DNA from: a virus
IMG/VR virus record: IMGVR_UViG_3300027852_000019
Reading direction: 5' to 3' (one strand)
DNA: 42,365 nucleotides
Shown here one piece after another: positions 12,992-23,112 of this stretch. The notes under the pieces are model-generated. The model searched no databases. It worked only from the letters and a program-made list of their open reading frames with translations, and was not told the origin of the DNA. Both the position numbers and the translations under genes were made by a program. Each line of letters begins with the position of its first letter. The first letter of the stretch is position 1.

Positions 12992-13186
12992 ATGCCAAGC
13001 TACAAGAAAGCTGTGAAAAGTTACCTTAGACGCAAAGTTGCTGGTAAAGGGGTAGCTCTTAAACGCCCAATTAGAACTACCTTCAAAGTCAAGCGATACC
13101 ATGCCAGGTTGAAGAAGTATGGTACTGGCGTCTTGGGTCATAGAGCTAAAGGATACAGCGCATACAGAAAAATAACTGGAAGATAA
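12992..13186 (+). CDS. Very basic 64-aa protein.
   Basis: SD TAAGGAGGTATA before the ATG. Sequence: MPSYKKAVKSYLRRKVAGKGVALKRPIRTTFKVKRYHARLKKYGTGVLGHRAKGYSAYRKITGR. About one third of the residues are K/R and none are acidic. Confidence 0.7.
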   Translation: MPSYKKAVKSYLRRKVAGKGVALKRPIRTTFKVKRYHARLKKYGTGVLGHRAKGYSAYRKITGR

Positions 13187-13201
13187 GTATTAGAGCAAAT
13201 A

Positions 13202-14767
13202 ATGTCAGTATTAGATAGTCTCATCTCAGACCGCAAGAAGTTCATTGAAACCTTACTTGTGATAGAGGACAAGAGTCAGAAACGAGTACCATTTATACTA
13301 AATCCAATACAATGTAATGTGCAGGAAACTCAAACTGGCAGGGATATATATGTGAAACCTGCACAAGTTGGCTTTAGCTCCGAGCGGTTTGCCAATGCTT
13401 ATGTAGCTACTGTTACAACTCCGAGTACTAATACCGTTCTCATAGCTTATGAGGAGTTTATAACCCAGCGTCTATTAGACAAAATGCAATTCTACCACAA
13501 TAGTATGATGGCATTAAACATTCCAGGCTTTCCAAAGATGCACCACAGTTCCAGCTATGAAAAGACTTTCCCATCCATCCATAGTAGTATATACATTAGC
13601 TCTGCCAGGTCTTATGTAGCAGGCCGTGCTGAGACTATCCATCATCTTCTCGCAGATGAGTTTGCCTTCTGGGAGCCTGGTGCAACTGAACGCATATTTG
13701 CACCTGCATTAGATAGAGTTCCACCAACAGGAACAGTAGATATATTCAGCACTCCCAATGGTGAGGACAATGACTTTTGCGATATGTATAGAATAGCAAA
13801 AGCTGGAGAATCTGTCTTTACTGCACACTTCTATCCCTGGTTTGTACATCCAGAATACTCCATGCCACATGACCATCCAATACTAACCAAAGCTCCAAAC
13901 TGGGCTAGGGAGTTAACAATCCCTGAACTTAAACTAGATTCAAATGAGGAAAACCTAGCTACAAATTACAATCTCACCATGGACCAAATCCGCTGGCGTA
14001 GATATAAAATTCGTGAAAAAGAGAGCCTCAGACGCAGCGGGGATATGATTAAACTATTCCAGCAGGAATTTCCAGAAGATGATATATCCTGCTTCTTAGC
14101 TGCTGGAGATATGTACTATGATACGGATATAATGGGTGAACTGACTCGAGATTGCCATACTGCTCCGATGTCTAAGCAAGTACTACACAACTTTGCGGAT
14201 GTATGGTATCCACCAGAAGATAACAGGTGGTATATACTAGCCATAGACCCAGGTCAGGCTAAGATAACCAGAACTGCTATGGTAGTCCTAGCCTTTGATA
14301 AGGATGATAACCCAACCTACTGTGCCAGAGCAGCAGGTCTTTGGGAGCCAGAAACTACTGCACTAATGGCTATGGAACTTGGTAAATACTATAACAGTGC
14401 GGTTATAACCTGGGAAGCTAATTCTCACGGCCTTGCTCTTGCTCCATTACTTAAGAACTATCCAAATCTATACTACCGCCGAGATGTAGTCAGCGGCATT
14501 GAAAGCCATGAGTTAGGTTGGTATACTAGCGGAGGAGCTAGAGGCACTAAGGAATACATGTTAGCCACTATGAGAAGAATGTTACCAAGAATGAGAGTCC
14601 ATGATGTCCAATTTATTAGCGAATGTAGGAACATCCGAACAAATGATGGTAAGACAGTTTCAGTAGGCATGGATGACATACACGATGCGTGCTGTATAGG
14701 ACTAGTATGTAGAGATTCTCGGCCAATATACCGAGGGTTTGTAGGAACTTCTGGCTTTAAATGGTAA
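13202..14767 (+). CDS. terL: Terminase large subunit.
   Basis: 521 aa. KPAQVGFSS (terminase-type Walker A variant), LLADEFAFW (Walker B), STPNG coupling motif, and a C-terminal RNaseH-like nuclease region with ILAIDPG and MDDIHDA. Confidence 0.9.
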   Translation: MSVLDSLISDRKKFIETLLVIEDKSQKRVPFILNPIQCNVQETQTGRDIYVKPAQVGFSSERFANAYVATVTTPSTNTVLIAYEEFITQRLLDKMQFYHNSMMALNIPGFPKMHHSSSYEKTFPSIHSSIYISSARSYVAGRAETIHHLLADEFAFWEPGATERIFAPALDRVPPTGTVDIFSTPNGEDNDFCDMYRIAKAGESVFTAHFYPWFVHPEYSMPHDHPILTKAPNWARELTIPELKLDSNEENLATNYNLTMDQIRWRRYKIREKESLRRSGDMIKLFQQEFPEDDISCFLAAGDMYYDTDIMGELTRDCHTAPMSKQVLHNFADVWYPPEDNRWYILAIDPGQAKITRTAMVVLAFDKDDNPTYCARAAGLWEPETTALMAMELGKYYNSAVITWEANSHGLALAPLLKNYPNLYYRRDVVSGIESHELGWYTSGGARGTKEYMLATMRRMLPRMRVHDVQFISECRNIRTNDGKTVSVGMDDIHDACCIGLVCRDSRPIYRGFVGTSGFKW

Positions 14768-14787
14768 TGTATACATAGGAGGTAACT

Positions 14788-14988
14788 ATGAAATTAACTT
14801 GGGATGAATGGCATAGTTTTGTAATTGGTTGGTGTGAGGCTATATCTTTTGGCAGACGTATACATAAAATGCCAATGGAATATGACAACCCATTAACTAA
14901 CGAATACCATTACTATCTATTTGGCCTTGCTATTGGTGTATTTACCTGGCTAGTAATAATCATTGGAGGGATAAAATGCCTGATATAA
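14788..14988 (+). CDS. Small membrane protein.
   Basis: 66-aa ORF with SD ATAGGAGGTAACT before the ATG. C-terminal TM segment LFGLAIGVFTWLVIIIGGI. Confidence 0.6.
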   Translation: MKLTWDEWHSFVIGWCEAISFGRRIHKMPMEYDNPLTNEYHYYLFGLAIGVFTWLVIIIGGIKCLI

Positions 14989-16655
14989 AAACCAAGATAC
15001 TAAAAGAATGTATAGACCTAGAAAAATCCTGGTCTGAGAGGAATAAGCAAATCAGGTATTGGTATGATATACTATTACTAACTAACAACCTATACCAAGA
15101 AGGCATGGAGTCAGTTATAGCTAACGACCCAAGAGTTGCTTATAACCTCTCAGTATATCTCATAAAATCCGCCATAATAGCTCACAAAATGCCTACAGAA
15201 GGTCTAGAAATGCAAGAGATAGTAGATACCAGCAGCATCGAGCAATTCTTTGCCAGACAATGGGGAGAATTAGATGAAGGCCAGAGGAGAATAGGCAGGC
15301 AGTCCTGGCTAAGATATCAAACTGCCCTGACTGTAGCTACTGGCTGGTATTCTGTACTAGCTCTAGCTACTCCAGACAAACTAATTGCTGAAACTTGGAA
15401 CCCAATAGAAGTCTTTCCACACTTCTCCAGAGACCCAGAGATTGGTATGGATAAATGCGCCCATATATATTCTCTTACTTCCAGTGAGGCTAACCGCAAA
15501 GCTAAGTTAAATAACTGGGTACTTCCAAGGTCATTTGTTGGTGATGTTAAGGTATATAACTATTACTTCATAGACGAGGATGGTGACCCATCTAATACCG
15601 TACTGATGAATAATGTTATAGTAATCCCTCCATTCAAGCTGAACCCAACTATCCAGGCATCTAATAGACTTCCAATCTTTGTGTCCCCAGTTGGTGGACT
15701 TCCTGACGATGGTGCTATAGTAACCAAACAAACTAGCTGGCAGAAACACTTTGGTGAGAGTATAATAGCCACCGACGCAGAGGAATTCAACAACCAAAAC
15801 AAGATGCTAACCTACGTCCAGCAGACAGTAAGAGACACAGCAACTCCTCGCTGGTTTGAAAGATCCACAGGCGGTAATATATTAACTCCAGAAACATTGT
15901 TTAGGCGTGGAACTATATACCGAGGTGGTCCTAATGATAGTATAGACCCATTGCCAGTTCCTCCAATGCCACTTGAGCTTAGGACTATACTCTTTGACTA
16001 TAGTAATCGTATCCAGCGAGGCTTATTTCCATGGACGTTGTTAGGTAATATCCAAGGCCAGATGTCTGGTTATATGATGAGCCAGGTAGCTTCTTCCTCC
16101 ATGTCTTCTCTAGCTCCCTATGCAGATGGAATTAGAGACCTACTAACCGATATAAACAACTACTGGTTGTATGAGATGAGAGAAAGAAACATCTCCATAC
16201 GAGGATTTACCATACCTAAAGAAACTCCAAAAGATATTAAATTCAAAGTCAGTCTAAACGTCAACATACCAGGCAGTTTAGTCCAGCGAGCTACAATAGC
16301 TAAGATACTCAATCCACAACTGCGATTTGACTTTGCTACCACTTGTGACTTGATGTTCCCAGAGATAAACAATCCTATAGAAATCCAAGCAAGAGTTAAT
16401 AAAGATGAAGCTGTGATGGGTGAAGTAGCTCAAGCAGTTGCCCTAATAGAATCTTACAGAGAAGTAGCTAAAATGTCTAGGGAGTCTGGCGATACTACAA
16501 CCGCTGACCTTTATGAAAAAGCAGCAAACTCACTGGAAGCTCAAATGTCCACTCCACAAGTACCAACTACTGCTCAACCTACACGTCCAAAGGAAATGAG
16601 GTCAGCAATTCCACGGGAAGAAACAATGCCAGAAGAGTTTGAAGGAGGTGTCTAA
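14976..16655 (+). CDS. Portal protein, inferred from position and size.
   Basis: 559-aa ORF following TerL, with SD TGGAGGGATAAA before the ATG. No motif-level proof. Confidence 0.65.
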   Translation: MPDIKTKILKECIDLEKSWSERNKQIRYWYDILLLTNNLYQEGMESVIANDPRVAYNLSVYLIKSAIIAHKMPTEGLEMQEIVDTSSIEQFFARQWGELDEGQRRIGRQSWLRYQTALTVATGWYSVLALATPDKLIAETWNPIEVFPHFSRDPEIGMDKCAHIYSLTSSEANRKAKLNNWVLPRSFVGDVKVYNYYFIDEDGDPSNTVLMNNVIVIPPFKLNPTIQASNRLPIFVSPVGGLPDDGAIVTKQTSWQKHFGESIIATDAEEFNNQNKMLTYVQQTVRDTATPRWFERSTGGNILTPETLFRRGTIYRGGPNDSIDPLPVPPMPLELRTILFDYSNRIQRGLFPWTLLGNIQGQMSGYMMSQVASSSMSSLAPYADGIRDLLTDINNYWLYEMRERNISIRGFTIPKETPKDIKFKVSLNVNIPGSLVQRATIAKILNPQLRFDFATTCDLMFPEINNPIEIQARVNKDEAVMGEVAQAVALIESYREVAKMSRESGDTTTADLYEKAANSLEAQMSTPQVPTTAQPTRPKEMRSAIPREETMPEEFEGGV

Positions 16656-19600
16656 TGCCAGATGGATTTGGAGACCAACTAAAAAAGTGGCAGCAAGAAG
16701 CTGAATCCAGCTTCAGTCAATTACAGGAGATTGAGACTCAAGCTGGTAATCCGCCACCTGAAAAAGATAAGCCTTGGTGGAAAACCATGCTAGGTGGTTT
16801 TGGCCTTGCAATTCCACCACTAGGACTATACCAATATGCAAAGGCAGCTTTCAAACCAAAACCTGGAGCAGAAGTAGCTAAACTAACCAAGCAAAGAGAT
16901 GATGCACTAGCTAACTATTCCACAGCTACCTGGTTTGCGGATGCGTATTCTGCTACTCCAGCAGGATTAAAAGCGGCTGGTATCACCAGCTTCACCGATT
17001 ATATGAAGAAAGACCCACCAGGTCCAACTGTTGCTCCTGCTGAGTTAGCTAAAGCTAAGAAATACATAGACTCAATTCTCCTAGGCACTGAGGAAGAAGC
17101 TATAACCTACCCTAAAGAACTTGCGAAGGATTGGATTACTGAGCCACTAGAAACTAGACCCAAATTCCAAGGCATACATTTAACTACCGTTCAAGAAATG
17201 ATAAAATGGTTAAGTAAACAAGCTCCTCAGCCAATAGTTCCAGAAAACCTAGGCAATGAGGGTCTGATGGAATACCTTAAAGACCAAGGCTGGGATGAAG
17301 AGCAACTGGCAGAAATTGAAGCACAAGTTACAGAAACTTGGGGTTCTATGTTTGATGAACACCGTTCAGAAAGAGAACAAATTAGACGCTACCAAGCTGG
17401 CATAGATACTCCCCAAATGCCAGATGAGACTTGGAAAGAAAAACTAGCCCGTGCTGGTTCTCAACCTGCCCTTGCTGCTTTGGATGCACTTGGCCTTTAC
17501 TGGAAAGCAGTTGAAGAACCAATAGCTGCATTGACAACTTATTCAATAGCTAACCTACCACCAGCACTATTACCAATCAAACATATAGGAACAATATCTG
17601 AAACCCAAGAACTATTGCGTGATGAGTTAAAAACCTTACATAAATATCATATAGATGAAGGTACAAACTGGTGGACTGCATGGGGTAAAGCATGGCATGA
17701 CTTGGAAGCACCAGAGTGGGCTAAGATATCCATGGAAATAGTTGCAGACCCACTCAACCTTATAGGCTTTGGCTGGTTCACAAAACTAGCTCATGCTACT
17801 AAAGCTATTCCAGTAGTAGGTAGATTTACTGGCTTAATGGGAGCAGTAGAACGAGGCTGGATAGCTGCTGCTGAGTATCCACTAATTAAAGCAAGAGCGG
17901 CGTATAGAAGGATACCATTAACCAGAGGCCAGAAAACTGCATTTGCTGAGTTTAATAGCGATAATATTATAACATCTGCAACTGGCCAACATTTCAGTTC
18001 CAAAGGCGGAATGAAACATATTCCGCAAGAAGATTTTACCAAGCATAACCTAAGTGCTATAGATGAAGTCTTAGATAATCCAGAAACTCTAGGCTATACT
18101 GGTGACTTGGGTAGGAACTTCCTTGATAGACCTCCAATGACACAGGATGACTTTACAGACTGGGCTGGAAAACTCAGTTCATCCTTAACTCCAGCTGATA
18201 TTACTCCACAAACCCTCTTTATGTTTGAGGAGTTAATAGAATCAGCAGCAGTTAGAGGTAGTCTGCGACCTGCCAAGAGCCTTGAAAAAACTGCTCAGGA
18301 ACTTCTCAGGCTAGTATTTAATGTAGCAGACTCACCAGAAAATATGAAGATAGCTGAGAACTTAATAGAAGGTATATATACCAGAACCATAAGGATAGCC
18401 AAAGGTATAGCTTCCATGCCAAAAGCGCAATGTCTAAGACAAGCAGCAAAGAAAGCAGGGAAGATAGTCCTAACTACCAGCTACGCAGATGACTTTAACT
18501 TTAAGTTCCATCATGGTGTATGGAGTGGCATCTTGGGTGAATACAGGCGCACTGCCAACATCTGGGCTAATACCATGGATAAACACCTAATAATGCCATT
18601 TGCCAGAGCCTATCTAGTAACTGCCTCCTACATGCCATGGAACTGGGGAGAAGAGGTAATGCGAACCTGGTTCGGTAGAGGTGGACTTATATATGGTAAA
18701 AACGCTCCAGTTAGGCTAGAATACCTATCCACTGGTTTAACACTTGACCGTAAAATATTTCAAGATGGAGTACCACTAGCCAAGGAAAGATATAGGGATA
18801 TGCCAAAGATACTAGCTAAGGAAGGTAAGCCAGGTATCGGCGAGATGTCTGAGGCAGTAGAAAGAGAATATGGTAAAGGTCCACTAGAAAAGCTCTTGTT
18901 ATATGGCTGGCATCCTAAGATGAATAAGTTCCATGAAGCTCTTTACTTTCCAATCAGAGGTTCTCAATGGGCTGGAGGAATAGAACGTTCTGGCTTTACA
19001 ACTTCTCGCTGGCTACAGCACTTAGATGAGATGGCTCCAGATGCTGTGAAAGGAATCAAAGCAGCAGTTGGTACAGTAGATGACATACCACAAGTAATTG
19101 GAACTACAAAATCACTTAGGAATGGTTTCTACAAACAAGTTAATGATGCTGCACATCTTGGTCCAAATGCAGTTAGGAGCATACCAGACAAGTTTACCTT
19201 CAAGGAAATAAGACTAGCTGAGGTTGCAGAAGCTAGAACTAAGTATGCAGATATTGGCACCGCTGGTGACTATATAATGTCCAGGGCTGAGATTGGTGAC
19301 TTGTGGAGTGATATTCCTGGTCATTTTACAAAAGCTAAGGATAAACTAGCTGATAACTTCCTCCATGCGCCAGAAACTAAGATGGCTAACTATAAAACAC
19401 TAATAGATGACTTGTTAGAAAAAGCAGAAGCTACTCCAAACAAAGAGCATCTATTAGCATTAGTACAAACACTCCGAGAACTATCCGATGATGCACCTGA
19501 AACCATCCATGCAGTCTTTATGGCATTTGGTGAAAGGTCAGCTGGTATAACTTCCGAAGCAGGTAGAAACGCACTTTGGAATGATGCTTATCCTAGGATA

Positions 19601-22600
19601 GCTCCATTCTTAGATGAAGTAGAAAAGCAAGCTAATAGACTAGCCACTCATATTCGTGACCAGTCTGGCAGTGATATACTTACCAAGCTGCAATGGGATG
19701 AAGTAGATAACACCATAACTCAATATATGAATAGAGTGAGTAAGATAGTAGATACCAGACACAAAGCAGATTTAGAGAGAACTATTCTCCTAGAACGTGG
19801 AGTTGGCCCAGGTACTCCAGAATGGCAAGACGAACTTGGTAAAATTTGGTTTGAACATCATACAGTAGACTCCGAGTTAGCAGCTAATATGGACGTACAG
19901 CAAAAAATACTTAGCAACAAGATAACTCCACAAGACATACCTACTCCACGTATAGATGCTTCTGGTAGAGGTTTAACTCCAGCCGATGTAGCTCCGCTGT
20001 TTCTAAGTACTGGTGACCAATTATCCTATGCTATGATGCAATCCAGTGCTATGAGACCAAAGATGTACTTCACTGCCCATGTTAAGAAGAAAGCTACCGA
20101 GATGGCCAATGTATATAATACTACCAGACAAGCACTAGGATTTACAGACCAAGGTATAAGTGATGTTTATGACCAGCTAATTTATGGTCTAAGGTCTAGC
20201 CCAGAGTTTCATAATATACTTACTCCAAAATTTGCTGAGTTAGATAACCTTGCTATGGATATAGAAGCAATTAGAATAAACAAAGCTCTGGATCCAAGGC
20301 TAACTAAAGTGTATAAAGAATACGCAGAAGGGGTAGCTACTAAGTTAGAAAAGCTGGATATATATAAGAAACCAGAGCCTATAGTTGAGCCACCAACAAA
20401 GGGTGACTTGGAAGACATTAAAGGTTTTCTTGCTGAGCCTATTATACCTAAAGCTACAGAGGGTATGCCAGAACCTTGGGAGATGACTAAGGCAGAGTGG
20501 AGGAATACTCAGTTACTTCCTGTTACTAGACCTTTTTCTACCATACTAAGGGAAGGGGAAATAAATTATACCAAAGGTTCTGTATTTCATGGAACTGGTG
20601 TAGAGGCAATGCAGAACATAATAGAAAAGGAATCTATACAACCTTTGGTATCTAGAGGTGATAAGTTAGGAGAGGCAGTAGTATCAATGTCCCAGATTGA
20701 GAAAGTTGCTGACGATTTTGGGGTGGTTACTATTGAACTTCGAGATAGAGGATATGTAGAAAGAAGATTAGCTTGGGAGGGTGATTGGGTTAAGGGTATG
20801 GAAGTAGTATCAAAAGATGCTATACCCTTGTCAGATATAAAGGGAGTTACATTCACTTTGGGTGCTAAGGAGGACTTATTATGGAAAGACCCGATTAGTG
20901 GAATAACATTAGACTCCTTAAAGAAGCAAATAGAAAACAAGGGAATTAAAGTAACTGTCAAGAAAGTTCAAACACATAAGGATTTGATAGTGCAAGCACT
21001 TAAGGAAGGCAAGCCAGTTCCAGCACATGTATTAAAAGACTACCCTGAGTTGGGTAAGGCTGTACCACTGGATATACGCAAAGAACCAACAACACTCCGA
21101 GAAGGTACAGATGATTGGTGGAAAACCAAGCAAGATGCAATGGATGCAACTATGAAAGAATACTATCACGAATTTACCGACTATACCAATGCCAACTCTG
21201 CTGACTTGTTTATGAGGAATGTATTTCCCTACTGGCAATATGAGTCCCAGCGTTGGTTCTGGCTACCTAGAAACTTCCTAACTCATCCAGGTGTATTTAA
21301 TATCTGGGGTAAACATATGGATAACTCTGACTATGGCTACCTTCATGTACCTGGCACCAACCTTGAATTTAATTTAACCAGAGGTTCTATATACAAAGGT
21401 GGGATGTCTACCCTAGTCCGTAGAGATTACCCAGAATATTATGACCAATACTTCCCAGAGTTCTTTGAGACTGTAGACTATGCTGAACGCTTTGGCTTCT
21501 TTCCCAATGTATTTTGGGGTACTCTAATAAATACATTTGGAGGCAGAGAACCACAACTAGGACAGCAAATGCCAGCGATAGTTAGAACTCCATTGGATAT
21601 ATACGTGGCTGCAAATCCAGACTCTAAAATAGGTAAAGCACTTCAAGAAACTCTATTCTCAGATAGGTTCAGAGACTACCTAATAATGTGTAATGTAGAA
21701 CATATAGCTTCTGCTGACCAAATCCAACGTAATATCAATGGTGAAACTATCTGGAATAAGATGGAAACCCACCAAACATTAACAGATGAAGAGCAAGCAC
21801 TATGGGATAGAGCTAGGCAAAAAGTAGCAATGGTGTCACCACTCTTAGAACATGGTGGCATCTTCCGCATGAGGCATCAAGATAGAATAGAAGCATACAA
21901 TATGATGGGAGAATTCGTTGAAGAAATAACTGGCGTGTCTGTAGAAATGCAGGACAATCTAAGGCGTCATGGGTATTCAGTAGGTGATGTGTGCAGCGGG
22001 TTATCCCAGCAAGATATGCTACTCTTAGAAGAAGCTCTAGAATACAAACGCTGGTTAAGTCCTCGTCTTACAGCATCTTTACGTCCGTCTAATGAGATAG
22101 AAGTAAATCTAATACTCAGTGAGTTCTGGAATGAGGTTAAATTACATTCCGAAACTAATAGAGAAGAACTAAAAAGAGTTGAATCTCAAGCATTTAGAGG
22201 TGAAGGTGGCTGGATATCCAAGTCTGACTATATAGACAAGGCTAGAGGTATCATGTCTGACAATGCTAGGTTCATCCACAGCCTTCATGGAGATAAATAC
22301 AACCAAGCTACTGGCCAGTGGGAATCAAACCCAAATGCTAACACTAAATTTTCTATGGTTCCTGTAACCATGGGAGAACGTGCTGAGTTTTACACTGAGC
22401 GTGGAGTTAACCTATCCATGTCTACCTTCGACGAAATGCTGGCTGAGTGGTACCAGCTATCTCCAAAGCAAAAAGTAGACCCAGTAACCAATACAGTAGA
22501 AACAGACTGGGGTACATACTTCGCAACCATGGATGTGATAAGAACTATGATGCCAGATGACTTGCGGCGAGAATGGGATTCCTATCTCCAACGCAATTTT

Positions 22601-22969
22601 ACTCCAGGTTGGGCATTCTTCAAAGACTCCACTCAAAACTACCTAGTCCCATACTGGAATGTCTCGGATATAATTAAACAGGAACTATTCTCAACAGAGG
22701 AGCAAGCACTAATAGATGAATACTATAAAATTCACAAAATAGACCCAGATAGAACTCAAGAGATAATGGACATAACTCGGCCAGATGGTACCAAACTAAT
22801 AGCTCAATACAAATCTAAATCCTCAGATGCTAGACATAAACTCCGCCTAGTAAATCCTATGCTAGATGCTCAACTTCTATTCTGGAATAAAACTACAACT
22901 CTCTTAACTCCAGAAGCAGAACAGATGTATAACCAATTGGTTGAAACTAGCAGGAAACTAGGCCTGTAA
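16655..22969 (+). CDS. Giant 2104-aa virion-associated protein. Candidate internal/ejection or polyvalent protein.
   Basis: A single uninterrupted 6.3-kb ORF with SD GAAGGAGGTGTCTA before the ATG. It lies between the portal and scaffold genes and its start overlaps the portal stop (TAATG). Confidence 0.9.
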   Translation: MPDGFGDQLKKWQQEAESSFSQLQEIETQAGNPPPEKDKPWWKTMLGGFGLAIPPLGLYQYAKAAFKPKPGAEVAKLTKQRDDALANYSTATWFADAYSATPAGLKAAGITSFTDYMKKDPPGPTVAPAELAKAKKYIDSILLGTEEEAITYPKELAKDWITEPLETRPKFQGIHLTTVQEMIKWLSKQAPQPIVPENLGNEGLMEYLKDQGWDEEQLAEIEAQVTETWGSMFDEHRSEREQIRRYQAGIDTPQMPDETWKEKLARAGSQPALAALDALGLYWKAVEEPIAALTTYSIANLPPALLPIKHIGTISETQELLRDELKTLHKYHIDEGTNWWTAWGKAWHDLEAPEWAKISMEIVADPLNLIGFGWFTKLAHATKAIPVVGRFTGLMGAVERGWIAAAEYPLIKARAAYRRIPLTRGQKTAFAEFNSDNIITSATGQHFSSKGGMKHIPQEDFTKHNLSAIDEVLDNPETLGYTGDLGRNFLDRPPMTQDDFTDWAGKLSSSLTPADITPQTLFMFEELIESAAVRGSLRPAKSLEKTAQELLRLVFNVADSPENMKIAENLIEGIYTRTIRIAKGIASMPKAQCLRQAAKKAGKIVLTTSYADDFNFKFHHGVWSGILGEYRRTANIWANTMDKHLIMPFARAYLVTASYMPWNWGEEVMRTWFGRGGLIYGKNAPVRLEYLSTGLTLDRKIFQDGVPLAKERYRDMPKILAKEGKPGIGEMSEAVEREYGKGPLEKLLLYGWHPKMNKFHEALYFPIRGSQWAGGIERSGFTTSRWLQHLDEMAPDAVKGIKAAVGTVDDIPQVIGTTKSLRNGFYKQVNDAAHLGPNAVRSIPDKFTFKEIRLAEVAEARTKYADIGTAGDYIMSRAEIGDLWSDIPGHFTKAKDKLADNFLHAPETKMANYKTLIDDLLEKAEATPNKEHLLALVQTLRELSDDAPETIHAVFMAFGERSAGITSEAGRNALWNDAYPRIAPFLDEVEKQANRLATHIRDQSGSDILTKLQWDEVDNTITQYMNRVSKIVDTRHKADLERTILLERGVGPGTPEWQDELGKIWFEHHTVDSELAANMDVQQKILSNKITPQDIPTPRIDASGRGLTPADVAPLFLSTGDQLSYAMMQSSAMRPKMYFTAHVKKKATEMANVYNTTRQALGFTDQGISDVYDQLIYGLRSSPEFHNILTPKFAELDNLAMDIEAIRINKALDPRLTKVYKEYAEGVATKLEKLDIYKKPEPIVEPPTKGDLEDIKGFLAEPIIPKATEGMPEPWEMTKAEWRNTQLLPVTRPFSTILREGEINYTKGSVFHGTGVEAMQNIIEKESIQPLVSRGDKLGEAVVSMSQIEKVADDFGVVTIELRDRGYVERRLAWEGDWVKGMEVVSKDAIPLSDIKGVTFTLGAKEDLLWKDPISGITLDSLKKQIENKGIKVTVKKVQTHKDLIVQALKEGKPVPAHVLKDYPELGKAVPLDIRKEPTTLREGTDDWWKTKQDAMDATMKEYYHEFTDYTNANSADLFMRNVFPYWQYESQRWFWLPRNFLTHPGVFNIWGKHMDNSDYGYLHVPGTNLEFNLTRGSIYKGGMSTLVRRDYPEYYDQYFPEFFETVDYAERFGFFPNVFWGTLINTFGGREPQLGQQMPAIVRTPLDIYVAANPDSKIGKALQETLFSDRFRDYLIMCNVEHIASADQIQRNINGETIWNKMETHQTLTDEEQALWDRARQKVAMVSPLLEHGGIFRMRHQDRIEAYNMMGEFVEEITGVSVEMQDNLRRHGYSVGDVCSGLSQQDMLLLEEALEYKRWLSPRLTASLRPSNEIEVNLILSEFWNEVKLHSETNREELKRVESQAFRGEGGWISKSDYIDKARGIMSDNARFIHSLHGDKYNQATGQWESNPNANTKFSMVPVTMGERAEFYTERGVNLSMSTFDEMLAEWYQLSPKQKVDPVTNTVETDWGTYFATMDVIRTMMPDDLRREWDSYLQRNFTPGWAFFKDSTQNYLVPYWNVSDIIKQELFSTEEQALIDEYYKIHKIDPDRTQEIMDITRPDGTKLIAQYKSKSSDARHKLRLVNPMLDAQLLFWNKTTTLLTPEAEQMYNQLVETSRKLGL

Positions 22970-23060
22970 ACATGCTATATTTAATCATAACTAACAATTA
23001 AATATATACGATGTATAATAAATTATAGCATACATTTAGTTGACATAACGACGATAGCTC

Positions 23061-23089
23061 TTGACAAACGCATTATGTAATGTTATAAT
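23061..23089 (+). promoter_or_regulatory. Consensus sigma-A promoter upstream of the scaffold and capsid genes.
   Basis: TTGACA (23061-23066), 17 nt, then TATAAT (23084-23089) preceded by TGT. A second TTGACA lies at 23040-23045. Confidence 0.7.
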
Positions 23090-23112
23090 AGGTAATACAA
23101 TGGAGGTGAATT

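Noticed and set aside
17791-21870. Minus-strand ORFs of 60-124 aa inside the giant gene, and similar antisense or overlapping track ORFs elsewhere (for example 269..610, 611..898, 1067..1273, 2502..2819, 4607..5188, 6570..6938, 35751..36098, 38504..38809).
   Set aside because: They lie wholly inside longer SD-led ORFs on the other strand or frame, lack SD sequences, and have low-complexity composition. They are treated as spurious.
22970-23060. AT-rich interval with the 8-bp inverted repeat ATGCTATA...TATAGCAT (22972-22979 / 23024-23031) as a pac site or origin.
   Set aside because: The arms are short and AT-rich, so chance occurrence is likely. No iterons or other supporting features are present. 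It is noted only as context for the 23061 promoter.
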